64,000 bases of DNA, taken from Bifidobacteriaceae bacterium. GTDB lineage: Archaea; Thermoplasmatota; Thermoplasmata; Methanomassiliicoccales; Methanomethylophilaceae. This document shows positions 41,399 to 51,423 of this stretch, one piece after another (the stretch's first letter is position 1; every line of letters begins with the position of its first letter). The stretch covers positions 15,584 through 79,583 of the forward strand of contig CAVABN010000001.1 in assembly GCA_963586845.1 (NCBI GenBank), written 5' to 3'. The notes below the pieces were generated by a model, which made no database searches, was not told the origin of the DNA, and worked only from the letters and a program-made list of their open reading frames with translations. The translations under genes and the position numbers were made by a program.

Positions 41399-41506
41399 GG
41401 GTGCACCGTACGGAAGGCTCCGTTTAAACCTTGCCTGGGTCCTCTCCGGAGGCGTCACATATACCTACTCGCACGCGCTACGGGCTGGCATGGGATTGGA
41501 AGATGA
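39740..41506 (+). CDS. TctA/DUF112-like integral membrane protein; only about the first 420 aa look genuine, and the nominal stop comes much later
   Basis: Hydrophobic multi-TM sequence from MDPAMMAICMG to ...LLLPVLLFKFGLF (about 40995). After that the frame continues as a D/G/H/V-rich shadow of the convergent thioesterase up to TGA 41504-41506. Confidence 0.6.
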   Translation: MDPAMMAICMGMAAAGCLMGLFSGIVPGIHVNTLAAIMLAFNASIQGVLPLEPEQSAMATGCCIMAASVVHSFVDFVPSVFIGAPDSEDAVSVLPGHRLLLEGRGMEAVRAAAIGSLVGCSASILMAVPLQWVLLNGAAETLDSLTPFVLVIACLVLLNGERSRGRLPQGIFVFVLSGILGLGCMILPVPVEGVMEGGSVMMPLLTGLFGIPVMLETSSEARIPVQKDRVKDPVGPIPGLRGVLMGTLAGWFPGITSTVGASMSAVVFPERRPERFISTVASIGTVTSILSLVTLSVSGNGRSGTALVIKEMIGDSMIGPASEPFLILLLSSAVASLAGYWLTIASGKVFARIAGGIRPRRLGRTVLVLLVVLTLVLTGPAGLFILLCATFVGLVPSALGTGRLVLCGCLLLPVLLFKFGLFRSLFQLGEGLGHELLVVHDEPLVGAGPDLALGVPDDDLEHEPPAVDLHELCLACHVHADGGRRGVGDVEVRADGAAALLEVGGHALAGGSFDQRDHGGGGEHGEPAAPHGGSRVLVRDCDRLRAFDSGAEHGCTVRKAPFKPCLGPLRRRHIYLLARATGWHGIGR

Positions 41507-44500
41507 CCTCTACGAAGAGCTGTACGAGCTCAGGGAGACCCTGCGCGAGGACCGCAGGTTCTCCAACGGGCGCATCCCGCAGATATGCTCGGACGAGGCC
41601 TTGAGGGAGATGGCCCAGCGCGTCCCGACCAAAGCGGAGGACTTCTCCGCCATAGTCGGCGTGGGGCAGAGGTTCGTGGAGCAGTACGGCGACGATTTCC
41701 TGAACATCACGAGGAAATACGCCATCACCGCCGCCAACGGCTCGAACATCGACGCCGAAGCGGCCCAGACGCTGCGCGAACTGGAGAAGAAGCTCATCAA
41801 CATCAACAAGGCGAACAGGCTGCTGTTCCAGCCGAAGATCTCCAGGAAGAACGCCTTCGACATGATGCTCCTGCCGGACGCGGACATAATGGGCCTGGTG
41901 TTCGGGAACAAGAGGTCCCTCAAGCTCGTGGACACCGCCAAGGGCCCCGAGGCCGCAAAGGTGTTCAAGCACCTCAACGAGATCATCCGCGAGGTCAACA
42001 GGGAGCAGAGGGACAAGGGTCAGTACGACCTGTACGTCGCCTACCCGTTCGTGGAAGGCAAGACCCCCGACGGGGAACTGGACATCCGCGCTCCGCTGGC
42101 GCTGTTCCCGGTGATCCTGGAGAAGGACACCCGCGTGATCACGCTGAAGATGGACGACTCCAGGGATGCGATCTACAACAACACGCTCATCCTCGGATTC
42201 ATCAAGGCCGGAGGGCAGAACAGACCGCTCCCGGACAACATCCTGGAGGATTACAGCGCCGAATCGTTCCTGTCGAACCTGGTGGAGTTCTACAACGTCA
42301 ACGGGATAACCCTGGACTACACCTACAGCCTGCCCGTGCCATTCACCGAGTACAAGGCGGGGGAGTTCCCGCGCTACCAGCCCGGCGAGATGAAGCTGGT
42401 GCCGAACATCCTCATCGGCAAGTACCCTACATACTCCAGCTCGATCCAGAGGGACTTCGACGGGATGCTCGCAGGGAGGGAGATCAACGGGATCCTGAAC
42501 GACCTCATCGTCGACCTCAACAAGACCGACTACCTGTCGGAGTACCCGCTCCCGCTCTCCGAGGACGAGATCGAGAAGAAGGGGCTGGAGGCGTCGGAGC
42601 GCGACCTGATCTACATCAACTCGCTCAACAGCTCCCAGGAGAACATCATAACCGCCATGGACAGGGGCGACGAGATCGTCGTCCAGGGACCTCCCGGCAC
42701 CGGGAAGTCGCAGGTCATCACCGGTCTGATCACATCCGCGGTGATGAAGGGCAGGACGGTGCTGATGGTCTCGGAGAAGAAGACGGCGCTGGACGTCGTC
42801 TACTCCAGGCTGGGGACGCTGTCCAAGTACTGCCTGCAGATCGACGACGTGGCCAACAAGGAGAGCTTCTACAAGCAGCTGGCCAGGATGATGGGCACGA
42901 CCACCCCGGTCAGGCCCTGCGACGTCGAGTCCGTGTCGGACAGCATCGACAGGGACGTGCTCATGCTGGACAACATCGCCGACGTCATGTACAAGCCCGG
43001 CGAGTTCGGCATCGAGCCGTACAAGCTGTACGCCATGGACAGATGGCTGGACATCGGCGACAAACGCCAGTTCGAGGAGTACCAGCTGCTGAAGGCGAAC
43101 ATCGAGCCTTCCCTCCTGAACCTGAAGTACCAGGAGGTCAAGGAACTCCACAGGAAGTTCGCGGACCAGGTGCTCATGAGGAACTTCAACGAGTACATCC
43201 AGCTGGTGAAGAGGTACCCGTGGATGACGCAGATGAAGCCCGACCTCTCCGAGTACAACATCGGCGAGATGAAGGCGGACATGCTCGATCTGGAGAACCA
43301 GATGACCGAGCTGAACTCCAAGGGGTTCATCGGCAAGCTGTTCTCCAAGGGGAAGGTGGAGCGCGAGGCCACCGCCATGATCGGCAAGTACTTCGTGAGC
43401 GTCAATCCCCACACCCTCGATGCGGTCAAACGCGACCCGCGCGGGTTCTTCGACGCGCTGGACGGATACGAGACGTACTCGGCCAGGGCGACCATCTACA
43501 ACAAGCTCAGGGATTCCGAGAAGAACTACGGGGAGGACGTGCTCGGCGTATCGGCCGAGACGAAGATGTCCTACCCCGACAGCAACGACAGGATCTACGA
43601 GTGGATCCTGAACGAGCACCTCCAGAGGTTCGACGCGTCCCACAAGGACATCATGCAGGAGATCTGGGATTTCGAGTCCATCATCTCCGACATGGACAGG
43701 AAGATCGGCGAGAAGAGAGAGCTCTGCAGGGACAAGGTCGAGGAGATCTTCCAGCAGGACCTGAAGTACATAACCGAATCCAAGAGGCGCGGGGACATCG
43801 CCAGGATCGTGGAGTCCAAGCGCAAGTGGAACCTCAACAAGTTCATCAACCGCTACGGGTACGAGCTGTTCAAGGGCGTGCGCGTATGGCTGCTGACCCC
43901 CGAGGTCGTATCCGAGATCCTGCCGCTGGAGATGGGCATCTTCGATGTGCTGATCTTCGACGAGGCGTCGCAGATGTACGTCGAGAAAGGGGTGCCGTCC
44001 ATATACCGCGCCAAGAAGGTCATCGTCGCCGGCGACCACAAGCAGCTGCGCCCCTCATCCCTCGGGATGGGGAGGATCGACTACGAGAGCGACGAGGACG
44101 ACCCGGAGGACGAGGTCTCCGCCGCGCTGGAGGAGGAGAGCCTGCTGGACCTCGCCAGGTCCAGGTACGACTCGATCCTGCTGAACTTCCACTACCGCTC
44201 CAAGTACGAGGAGCTCATCGCGTTCTCCAACTACGCGTTCTACGGCGGGAGGCTGTACGTGTCGCCCAACGTCGAGGAGCCGGAGCGCCCGCCCATAGAG
44301 GTGTTCCGCGTGAACGGCCTGTGGGAGGACAAGTCCAACATGGCCGAGGCCAAGAGGATCGTGGAGCTCCTGAAGGAGTTCTTCGCCAACAGGAAGAACA
44401 ACGAGACCGTCGGGATCATCACGTTCAACTCCTCCCAGAGGGACCTGATCAGCGATGTGCTGGACGATGAATGCGCATCGGACCCGTCCTTCGGGAAGGC

Positions 44501-45227
44501 GGTCAACGACGAGATGCGCAGGTTCGACAACGGGGAGGACGTGGGATTGTTCATCAAGAACATCGAGTCCGTCCAGGGGGACGAGCGCGACGTGATCATC
44601 TTCTCCATCGGGTATGCGAAGAACAGCGAGGGCAAGCTGATGCAGAGGTTCGGATGGCTGAACAACCGCGGAGGCGAGAACCGTCTGAACGTCGCCATCT
44701 CCAGGGCCAAGAAGAAGATCATGATCGTCACGTCCTTCGAACCGGAGGACCTCCAGGTGGACAACGTGAAGAACGACGGTCCGAGGATCCTCAAGAAGTA
44801 CCTGCAGTACGCCCGCGCTGTGAGCGACGGGAACAGGGACCTGGCGGATTCCATCCTGAAATCCTTCGGGGACGACCGCTGGGACGAGCCCGACGAGATC
44901 GGCTCCTCCAAGGTCGCCGACCGCGTGTTCAACGCCCTGACCCGCAAGGGGTACACTGTGGAGAGGAACGTCGGGATCGGCGGATACCAGATCGACCTGG
45001 CGGTCAAGCAGAACAACAGGTACATCCTCGGCATAGAATGCGACAGCCACCTGTACGCCCTGCCCTCGTCCACGAGGGAGAGGGACTACCACAGGCAGAA
45101 GTACCTTGAGTCCAGGGGCTGGAGGATCCACAGGGTGTGGACCCCCGGCATGTGGAAGAACCCCGACAGGGAGATCTCCAGGATCATCGAAGCGATCGAG
45201 CGCGGAAGCGGCGTGCGATCGCGATAA
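41490..45227 (+). CDS. large SF1B (Upf1/DNA2-like) helicase with N-terminal HRDC and C-terminal restriction-endonuclease-fold domain
   Basis: HRDC-like N-terminus (ICSDEALREMAQRVPTKAEDFSAIVGVGQRFVEQYG). Walker A GPPGTGKS, DEASQ, GDHKQLRP, QGDERD and NVAISRAKKK. C-terminal GYQIDLAV...GIECDSHLY...RDYHRQKYLESRGWRIHRVW. The upstream 156 aa of the track ORF are shadow. Confidence 0.88.
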   Translation: MGLEDDLYEELYELRETLREDRRFSNGRIPQICSDEALREMAQRVPTKAEDFSAIVGVGQRFVEQYGDDFLNITRKYAITAANGSNIDAEAAQTLRELEKKLININKANRLLFQPKISRKNAFDMMLLPDADIMGLVFGNKRSLKLVDTAKGPEAAKVFKHLNEIIREVNREQRDKGQYDLYVAYPFVEGKTPDGELDIRAPLALFPVILEKDTRVITLKMDDSRDAIYNNTLILGFIKAGGQNRPLPDNILEDYSAESFLSNLVEFYNVNGITLDYTYSLPVPFTEYKAGEFPRYQPGEMKLVPNILIGKYPTYSSSIQRDFDGMLAGREINGILNDLIVDLNKTDYLSEYPLPLSEDEIEKKGLEASERDLIYINSLNSSQENIITAMDRGDEIVVQGPPGTGKSQVITGLITSAVMKGRTVLMVSEKKTALDVVYSRLGTLSKYCLQIDDVANKESFYKQLARMMGTTTPVRPCDVESVSDSIDRDVLMLDNIADVMYKPGEFGIEPYKLYAMDRWLDIGDKRQFEEYQLLKANIEPSLLNLKYQEVKELHRKFADQVLMRNFNEYIQLVKRYPWMTQMKPDLSEYNIGEMKADMLDLENQMTELNSKGFIGKLFSKGKVEREATAMIGKYFVSVNPHTLDAVKRDPRGFFDALDGYETYSARATIYNKLRDSEKNYGEDVLGVSAETKMSYPDSNDRIYEWILNEHLQRFDASHKDIMQEIWDFESIISDMDRKIGEKRELCRDKVEEIFQQDLKYITESKRRGDIARIVESKRKWNLNKFINRYGYELFKGVRVWLLTPEVVSEILPLEMGIFDVLIFDEASQMYVEKGVPSIYRAKKVIVAGDHKQLRPSSLGMGRIDYESDEDDPEDEVSAALEEESLLDLARSRYDSILLNFHYRSKYEELIAFSNYAFYGGRLYVSPNVEEPERPPIEVFRVNGLWEDKSNMAEAKRIVELLKEFFANRKNNETVGIITFNSSQRDLISDVLDDECASDPSFGKAVNDEMRRFDNGEDVGLFIKNIESVQGDERDVIIFSIGYAKNSEGKLMQRFGWLNNRGGENRLNVAISRAKKKIMIVTSFEPEDLQVDNVKNDGPRILKKYLQYARAVSDGNRDLADSILKSFGDDRWDEPDEIGSSKVADRVFNALTRKGYTVERNVGIGGYQIDLAVKQNNRYILGIECDSHLYALPSSTRERDYHRQKYLESRGWRIHRVWTPGMWKNPDREISRIIEAIERGSGVRSR

Positions 45228-45278
45228 CCGTCTTACGGCGCCGTGCGCAATCAAATAGCCCGGCGCCGATTCTCCCCC

Positions 45279-45782
45279 ATGGATTTCATGGGATTGGCGG
45301 AGGAGAGGTACTCCTCCAGGAAGTACTCCGACAAGCCGGTCGAACCCGAGAAGATGGAGGCCATCCTCGAAGCGGGGAGGCTCGCGCCCACCGCCAAGAA
45401 CCTCCAGCCCGTCAGGGTGCTCGTGGCCGACACGCCGGAGGCGCATGCGAAGCTCGCCAAGACCGCCAGGCTGTACGGCGCCCCGCTGGGACTCGTCGCG
45501 GTCGTGGACAGGGACGTCTCTTGGACCAGGCCCTTCGACGGGAAGGACTTCGGGGACATCGACGCGAGCATCGTCATCACGCAGATGATGTACGAGGCCC
45601 AGTCCCTCGGACTCGGATCGGTGTGGATCGGCTACTTCGACCCCGCGATACTGAAGAAGGAGCTAGGATTGAAGGAGAACGAGGAGATCTCCGGCATACT
45701 GGCGGTCGGGTACCGCGCCGACGAGACCTCGAACAACCACGGGAACAGGAAGGCCCCGGAGGAGTTCTGGAGCCGCATCTGA
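45279..45782 (+). CDS. nitroreductase-family protein
   Basis: RYSSRKYSDKPV...LEAGRLAPTAKNLQP...SVWIGYF. The track ORF begins at GTG 45243. Confidence 0.85.
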   Translation: MDFMGLAEERYSSRKYSDKPVEPEKMEAILEAGRLAPTAKNLQPVRVLVADTPEAHAKLAKTARLYGAPLGLVAVVDRDVSWTRPFDGKDFGDIDASIVITQMMYEAQSLGLGSVWIGYFDPAILKKELGLKENEEISGILAVGYRADETSNNHGNRKAPEEFWSRI

Positions 45783-45788
45783 TACAGG

Positions 45789-45804
45789 TTTAGCATATCC
45801 TAAA
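45789..45804. promoter_or_regulatory. palindrome TTTAG-CATATC-CTAAA overlapping the TATA-like box upstream of copZ
   Basis: Seen in sequence about 25-40 nt upstream of the copZ ATG. Confidence 0.3.
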
Positions 45805-45828
45805 TACTCTAACGGCGTTGACCGCAAC

Positions 45829-46047
45829 ATGGCGAAGAAAACCGTCAAGATCGAAGGCATGATGTGCGAGGGCTGCGTGAAGAGCGTCAAGGAGGCTCTC
45901 TCCAAGGTCCCCGGGGTCACCGATGTCGAGGTCAATCTGAAGAAGGGCAACGCCGTGGTGCAGGGCGAGGTCGAGGACGAGGCGCTCATCAAAGCGGTCG
46001 TCGACGCGGGATTCCGCGGCACCGTCAAGCACGGACTGTTCCGATGA
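45829..46047 (+). CDS. copZ: heavy-metal-associated copper chaperone
   Basis: GMMCEGC metal-binding motif, 72 aa, ferredoxin-like HMA fold pattern. Confidence 0.9.
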   Translation: MAKKTVKIEGMMCEGCVKSVKEALSKVPGVTDVEVNLKKGNAVVQGEVEDEALIKAVVDAGFRGTVKHGLFR

Positions 46048-48266
46048 GGACCCGCATATTCCGCGTGGGCGGGATGAGCTGCGCCGCGTGCTCCAACCGC
46101 ATCAACTCGGCGGTCGAAGCGCTCGATGGGGTGACCTCCTGCAACGCCAACATCGGGAACAACACCGCCACCGTGGTGTACGACGAATCCGTCGTCACGG
46201 AGGAGCGCATAGCCGAGGCCATAACCGGCGCCGGATACCAGGTCATCAGCGACGACAGGTCGGAGGCGGACAAGGCCGCCCTCGAGGCGCTGGCCGTCCA
46301 GAGGAGGGACCTGGCGATAGCCATCGTCTTCGCCATCCCGCTGAGCATCGTGGCCATGAGCCACATGCTCGGGATCCACCTGAGCGTCAGCGCGACCGCG
46401 CAGTGCTTCATCCAGATCGCCCTGCTGGTGCCGATCCTCTACGCCGGACGCCGCTTCTTCCGCAAGGGCTTCCCGGCGCTGTTCTCCAAGAGTCCGACCA
46501 TGGACTCCCTGGTATCCCTCGGATGCACCGCATCCGTCCTGATGGGGCTGTACGGGACCGCGCAGGTCCTGTCCGGGGATTCGATGGCTCTGCATTCCCT
46601 GAGCTTCGACTCCGCCGGGATGATCATAGCCCTGGTGAGCATCGGGAAGTATCTGGAGGCCCGCTCGAAGTACCGGACCAACGATTCCCTCAGGAAACTG
46701 CTGGAGATGGCGCCGGACGAGGCCACCGTCATCAGGGACGGGAAGGAATCCGTGGTGTCATCGAAGGACCTGATCCCGGGGGATGTCGTCCTGATACGTC
46801 CCGGCGAGAAGGTCCCGACCGATGCGGTCGTCGTGGACGGCGAATCATCGGTCAACGAATCCATGCTCACGGGAGAGAGCATCCCGGTGACCAAGAGGGC
46901 CGGGGACACCGTGTACGGGGCGACCGTGAACGGTCCCGGCAGCCTGAGGGCGAAGGTGGAGAAGACCGGCGAGGACACCGTGCTGTTCCAGATAGCCAGG
47001 ATGATGGAGATGGCCCAGGGGACCAAGGCCCCCGTGGCAGGCGTCGCCGACCGCGTCGCGGCTGTGTTCGTGCCGGTCGTGATGGTCATCGCCCTGCTCG
47101 CATGCGTGGGATGGATCGCGGCCGGCAGGACGCCGGAGTTCGCCCTGACCATCGCCGTGTCCGTCCTGGTGATCTCGTGCCCGTGCGCCATGGGCCTCGC
47201 CACCCCCTTGGCGATAGTCGTCGGGACCGGAGTGGGCTCCAAGCACGGGATCCTCTACAAGACCGCGGCGTCGCTAGAGGCCGCCGCCAACATAGACACC
47301 GTGATACTCGACAAGACGGGCACGTGCACGGTGGGGTATCCCGAGGTCGTCTCCGTGTCCGCCGTCGGCGACGAGAGGGAATTCATCTCCGTCGTGGCGG
47401 CCGCCGAGGCCGATTCGGAGCATCCCCTCGGAGCATCGGTCGTGAGATACGCCTCGTCCCAGGGCGTCCCGATGCCGGAGCATTCCGGGTTCGAGAGCGT
47501 CACCGGCGGCGGGGTATCGTGCCGCGTATCCGGGAAGGATGTCCTGGTCGGGAGTCGCGCGTTCCTGGAGGAGCGCGGAGTGACGATGCCGGACGATATC
47601 GCCTCCTCGGACGGGGCGACCCGCATATCCGCCGCATTCGACGGGGTATACGCCGGAACCGTGACGATCATGGATCCCATCAGGACGGAGAGCCCGTCCG
47701 CTGTGGCGTCGATGAAGGCCGACGGCCTGAATGTCATCATGGTCACCGGAGACAGACGGGACACCGCCGAGCACATCGCGTCCGAACTGGGCATCCGCGA
47801 TGTGAAGGCGGAGACCAAACCCGGAGACAAGCTGGAGATCGTGAAGGACCTCCAGGTGAAGCAGAGGAGGGTCGCCATGACCGGGGACGGCATCAACGAC
47901 GCCCCCGCTCTGACGCAGTCGGACCTGGGCATAGCCGTCGGATCCGGAACGGACATCGCCATGGAATCGGCGGACATCGTGCTGATGAACGACGACCTCC
48001 GCAGCGTCCCGGCATCCCTCGAGATAGGGAGGGCGGCCCTGAAGAACATCAAGCAGAACCTGTTCTTCGCGTTCTGCTACAACGCGGTCTGCATCCCTAT
48101 CGCGGCCGGACTCCCCGTGCTGCTCGGATACGACGGGCTGGTGAATCAGATGCCCATGATAGCCGCGGCGGCGATGTCGCTGTCGTCGATATCCGTGGTA
48201 TCGAACGCCATGAGGCTCAGGTCGTTCAGTCCCGACGCTCTGAAAGACGCGCCGAGGTCACCCTGA
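46044..48266 (+). CDS. copA: copper-translocating P-type ATPase
   Basis: N-terminal [11 protein letters not shown] domain, TGES, CPC ([11 protein letters not shown]), DKTGT and GDGINDAP. The start overlaps the copZ stop (ATGA). Confidence 0.95.
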   Translation: MRTRIFRVGGMSCAACSNRINSAVEALDGVTSCNANIGNNTATVVYDESVVTEERIAEAITGAGYQVISDDRSEADKAALEALAVQRRDLAIAIVFAIPLSIVAMSHMLGIHLSVSATAQCFIQIALLVPILYAGRRFFRKGFPALFSKSPTMDSLVSLGCTASVLMGLYGTAQVLSGDSMALHSLSFDSAGMIIALVSIGKYLEARSKYRTNDSLRKLLEMAPDEATVIRDGKESVVSSKDLIPGDVVLIRPGEKVPTDAVVVDGESSVNESMLTGESIPVTKRAGDTVYGATVNGPGSLRAKVEKTGEDTVLFQIARMMEMAQGTKAPVAGVADRVAAVFVPVVMVIALLACVGWIAAGRTPEFALTIAVSVLVISCPCAMGLATPLAIVVGTGVGSKHGILYKTAASLEAAANIDTVILDKTGTCTVGYPEVVSVSAVGDEREFISVVAAAEADSEHPLGASVVRYASSQGVPMPEHSGFESVTGGGVSCRVSGKDVLVGSRAFLEERGVTMPDDIASSDGATRISAAFDGVYAGTVTIMDPIRTESPSAVASMKADGLNVIMVTGDRRDTAEHIASELGIRDVKAETKPGDKLEIVKDLQVKQRRVAMTGDGINDAPALTQSDLGIAVGSGTDIAMESADIVLMNDDLRSVPASLEIGRAALKNIKQNLFFAFCYNAVCIPIAAGLPVLLGYDGLVNQMPMIAAAAMSLSSISVVSNAMRLRSFSPDALKDAPRSP

Positions 48267-48903
48267 GGGTCCCGCCCTGGCTGGACCAATCGGATTCGGA
48301 GGAGACTATCTCCAGCGGGACCGAATGCATGGGGGAGTCGATGGTGAGGGATTCGTACTCCCCTCCCTCCCCCATGATGCTTATCCCTGTCCGGGCGCGG
48401 ATCGCCTTCAGCTCCTCCACGGCCTTCGAATCGATCTCGCGTCCGAGCCATTCCTTCCCGAGGCCTTCGGCGTAGCATCCGACGATCATCGATCTTATGC
48501 CGGAATCCAGGAACTGCTCCATCAGCATGTCCTGGTCCTTCCTCCACAGGGGGGCTATGAACTTCAGACCCAGGTCCCCGCAGACGATGTTCATCCTGTC
48601 CCACTGGTAATCCGACCATACCGCTCCGGACACCACCCCTTCGACATCCAGACCCTCCAACGCTTCGCGGAGGCCCTCCATGTCGCCCTCCTCGGTGCCG
48701 GTGCTGCGGGCGGAGACCAGCTCCTTGCCCATGGACTCCGCCATCAGGGGGACCAGGGACAGATTGGGCGTGTGGAATATCCAGGACGCGGTATCTTCGG
48801 GCACGATGTTGACCAGATACGGCACCTCGTGGCCCATCTGCTCGGCCAGATAGAGCGAGAAGGTCGAGTCCTTCCCGCCCGAGTACAGGGACGCCAGCCT
48901 CAT
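48226..48903 (-). CDS. dph6: diphthine-ammonia ligase (Dph6, MJ0570 family)
   Basis: [10 protein letters not shown]-loop and GAVWSDYQ... conserved blocks. The 3' end overlaps copA by 41 nt. Confidence 0.85.
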   Translation of the reverse strand: MRLASLYSGGKDSTFSLYLAEQMGHEVPYLVNIVPEDTASWIFHTPNLSLVPLMAESMGKELVSARSTGTEEGDMEGLREALEGLDVEGVVSGAVWSDYQWDRMNIVCGDLGLKFIAPLWRKDQDMLMEQFLDSGIRSMIVGCYAEGLGKEWLGREIDSKAVEELKAIRARTGISIMGEGGEYESLTIDSPMHSVPLEIVSSESDWSSQGGTLRVTSARLSERRD

Positions 48904-48948
48904 GGGTGCGGGATGCGCCGGGGCGTATAATTGCCCTTCGCGACCGCC

Positions 48949-49581
48949 TCACTCCTTCGTCCTGTCGGAGAAAGCCCCCAGTATCCTGTCGCTGATGCGG
49001 AACGACTCGATGACATCCTTGGTGGTGCGGTCCCTCATGTAGAATCCGACCCACGCGGAACCGATGAACGTCCCCACGGTGTCGCAGATCAGATCGGTTA
49101 TGGTGTCGTACGGGCTGTACTGGGTCACCGACGACAGGAACACGTCGGACGAGTACTCCAGAACCTCCCAGTAGACGCTGAAGGTCAGGGACAGCAGGGC
49201 CGTCAGTATGGCCAGACCCCTCCCGGCGAAGTTCACCTTCCCGCCGCCGTAGTAATGGACGCAGGACAGGGCGTAGAATATGATCACCGCCACTACCATG
49301 GATGAGAAGGTGTGGGTCAGCGTGTCGTAGTTGTCCAGGGACGTGTAGTATCCCATGGCCAACCCCAGGCCGTGGAGCCAGGGTGCGATGACTACCATGA
49401 CGACTATGGGCGCGGGGAGTTCGATGACGCCGAGATACTTCAGAACGACCGGGAGGAGACAGATCACGCCCATGAAGACGACCGATGTGTCCGCCGATCC
49501 GCCCTTGAACCCCAATGCGATCGTGAAGATCCCGAATACCACGGCCATGATGTCGACCGCGGTCGGTCTGCGGGACATCAT
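48949..49581 (-). CDS. hypothetical integral membrane protein
   Basis: 210 aa, about 6 hydrophobic helices. No family recognised with confidence. Confidence 0.65.
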   Translation of the reverse strand: MMSRRPTAVDIMAVVFGIFTIALGFKGGSADTSVVFMGVICLLPVVLKYLGVIELPAPIVVMVVIAPWLHGLGLAMGYYTSLDNYDTLTHTFSSMVVAVIIFYALSCVHYYGGGKVNFAGRGLAILTALLSLTFSVYWEVLEYSSDVFLSSVTQYSPYDTITDLICDTVGTFIGSAWVGFYMRDRTTKDVIESFRISDRILGAFSDRTKE

Positions 49582-50207
49582 GCGCGCGCCTCCGGTAGGA
49601 AATCCCTCTTGTCGCGACCGCGGAGCCTCAATGCGAGAAGAACCGCCATGACCGCCGAGACTATGGTGGACGCCACGGGGGCGATCATCAGGATGGCGTT
49701 GGTGTAGATGTCGCTGTCATAGAAGTCCTCGTTGAACACCGGATACCCCTGGGCGTACATCAGACCGAACAGGTAGAACATCGACACCGCCGACAGGGTC
49801 ATCGTGAACGCCAGCGAGAACACGATCAGCCAGGAGTTGGTCATCTTCAGGCCGTAGCTCCTGTCGAGGACCAATGCGATCATGAACCCGAGCACGAAGC
49901 ACTGGTAGGCCTGGATGGCCTGGATGCAGTACATGTATCCGGTGACGTCCAGCAGGGTGATGTCATCCAGGTGGATCGTCGGGTTCAGGACCGTGACGAG
50001 GATGGCCGCGACGGGACCCACCATGGTCAGGACGACCAGCTTCCGGTCGTAGTAGTATCCGAGATCGCGGGTCTCCGGTATCACGAGGACGATGATGCAC
50101 ACGACGCATACCACCATCCACATCCAATTGCCTGCCAGGAATGCGATCAGCCCGGGGACCACGGATAGGAACAGGGACAGCAGCACCAGCGTCTTCGTCT
50201 CGGTCAT
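49578..50207 (-). CDS. hypothetical integral membrane protein
   Basis: 209 aa, about 6 hydrophobic helices. Its stop overlaps the start of 48949..49581 (ATGA). Confidence 0.65.
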   Translation of the reverse strand: MTETKTLVLLSLFLSVVPGLIAFLAGNWMWMVVCVVCIIVLVIPETRDLGYYYDRKLVVLTMVGPVAAILVTVLNPTIHLDDITLLDVTGYMYCIQAIQAYQCFVLGFMIALVLDRSYGLKMTNSWLIVFSLAFTMTLSAVSMFYLFGLMYAQGYPVFNEDFYDSDIYTNAILMIAPVASTIVSAVMAVLLALRLRGRDKRDFLPEARA

Positions 50208-50334
50208 CGGGCATCATCTAGGGGCTCCGCTCTAATAAAGATAATACTAATAGTGAGTCCGATGGGACCCGCGGCCCCTCGCGGGGAAAACTGGATTATA
50301 GTTGTCATGATACGGAAGGGCGGAGTGAACGAGC

Positions 50335-51066
50335 ATGCCCCTTGATTCCGCAGAGATGAAGAAGATCGTCGCAGAGAAGGCCGTCGACACCTATGTCAAG
50401 GACAGGATAAACGTCGGACTGGGAACGGGTTCCACCGCGTACTACGCGATCAAGCGCATCGGGCAGCTCGTCAACGAGAACGGGTACGAGCTGACCTGCG
50501 TCGCCACATCCGTCCAGAGCGAGGAGCTCGCCAAGGGATGCGGCATCAGGGTCGTCGACCTCGATGAGGTGGACAAGCTCGACGTCACCATCGACGGGGC
50601 GGACGAGATCGACCCCAAGATGAATCTGATTAAGGGGCTCGGAGGCGCCCTCCTCAGGGAGAAGATCGTCGCCGCGGCCACGGTCAAGGAGATCATCATC
50701 GCCGACGACTCCAAGCTCGTCGGGAAGCTGGGTACGAAAGCGCCCCTCCCCGTCGAGGTGCTGAGATTCGGGCACGAGCACACGAAGAACGCCCTGAGGA
50801 TGCAGCGCTGCGACCCGGTCCTGAGGATGAGGGACGGTCAGCCGTTCGTCACCGACGGAGGGAACTACATCTACGACTGCAGGTTCCCCGAGGGCATCGA
50901 CAATCCGTTCTTCATCGAGTCGAGGATCGACGTGATCCCCGGCGTGGTAGAGAACGGGCTGTTCCTTAACACGGCGTTCGAAGCGCTGGTCTGCGACCAT
51001 GAAGGGAACGTCTCGGCGGCCTCCGAGATGCAGGCCCAGGAGGACGGCGGACAGCCGTCCGCGTGA
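50335..51066 (+). CDS. rpiA: ribose-5-phosphate isomerase A
   Basis: GLGTGSTAYYAI..., DGADEID, KGLGGALLREKIV signatures. Confidence 0.94.
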   Translation: MPLDSAEMKKIVAEKAVDTYVKDRINVGLGTGSTAYYAIKRIGQLVNENGYELTCVATSVQSEELAKGCGIRVVDLDEVDKLDVTIDGADEIDPKMNLIKGLGGALLREKIVAAATVKEIIIADDSKLVGKLGTKAPLPVEVLRFGHEHTKNALRMQRCDPVLRMRDGQPFVTDGGNYIYDCRFPEGIDNPFFIESRIDVIPGVVENGLFLNTAFEALVCDHEGNVSAASEMQAQEDGGQPSA

Positions 51067-51139
51067 CCTCGCGTGCGATGATACTGTTATATATGACCCC
51101 CATATTAGCACGTCCCCGTTCACATTCTAGGTGATTCAA

Positions 51140-51418
51140 ATGAAGATGCCCAGGACAATCAAGAGATACTGTCCCTACTGCAAGACCCACACCGAGCAGG
51201 AAGTGGAGAGGGTCAAGAAGAAGAAAGCCAGCGAGCTCAAATGGGGACAGAGGAGATTCAGAAAGGTCACCGCCGGTTACGGAGGTTTCCCGAGGCCCAA
51301 GCCCGAGGGGAGGGAGAAGCCCACCAAGAGGATCAACCTCAGGTACAGGTGCACCCAGTGCAAGAAGGCCAACATCTCCCCGTGCATCCGCGCTAAGAAG
51401 TTCGAGCTTACGGAGTGA
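51140..51418 (+). CDS. rpl44e: 50S ribosomal protein L44e (eL42)
   Basis: [20 protein letters not shown]...[16 protein letters not shown] lies 5 nt before ATG 51140. TATA-like GTTATATAT at about 51090. Confidence 0.93.
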   Translation: MKMPRTIKRYCPYCKTHTEQEVERVKKKKASELKWGQRRFRKVTAGYGGFPRPKPEGREKPTKRINLRYRCTQCKKANISPCIRAKKFELTE

Positions 51419-51423
51419 TTCGA

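Noticed and set aside
38590-44039. ORFs 38590..41043 (+, 817 aa), 41478..44039 (-, 853 aa), 41585..44470 (+, 961 aa)
   Set aside because: They are shadow or off-frame ORFs across tyrS, the membrane gene and the helicase. Their composition is extreme (R/G/D/H/P) and non-protein-like.
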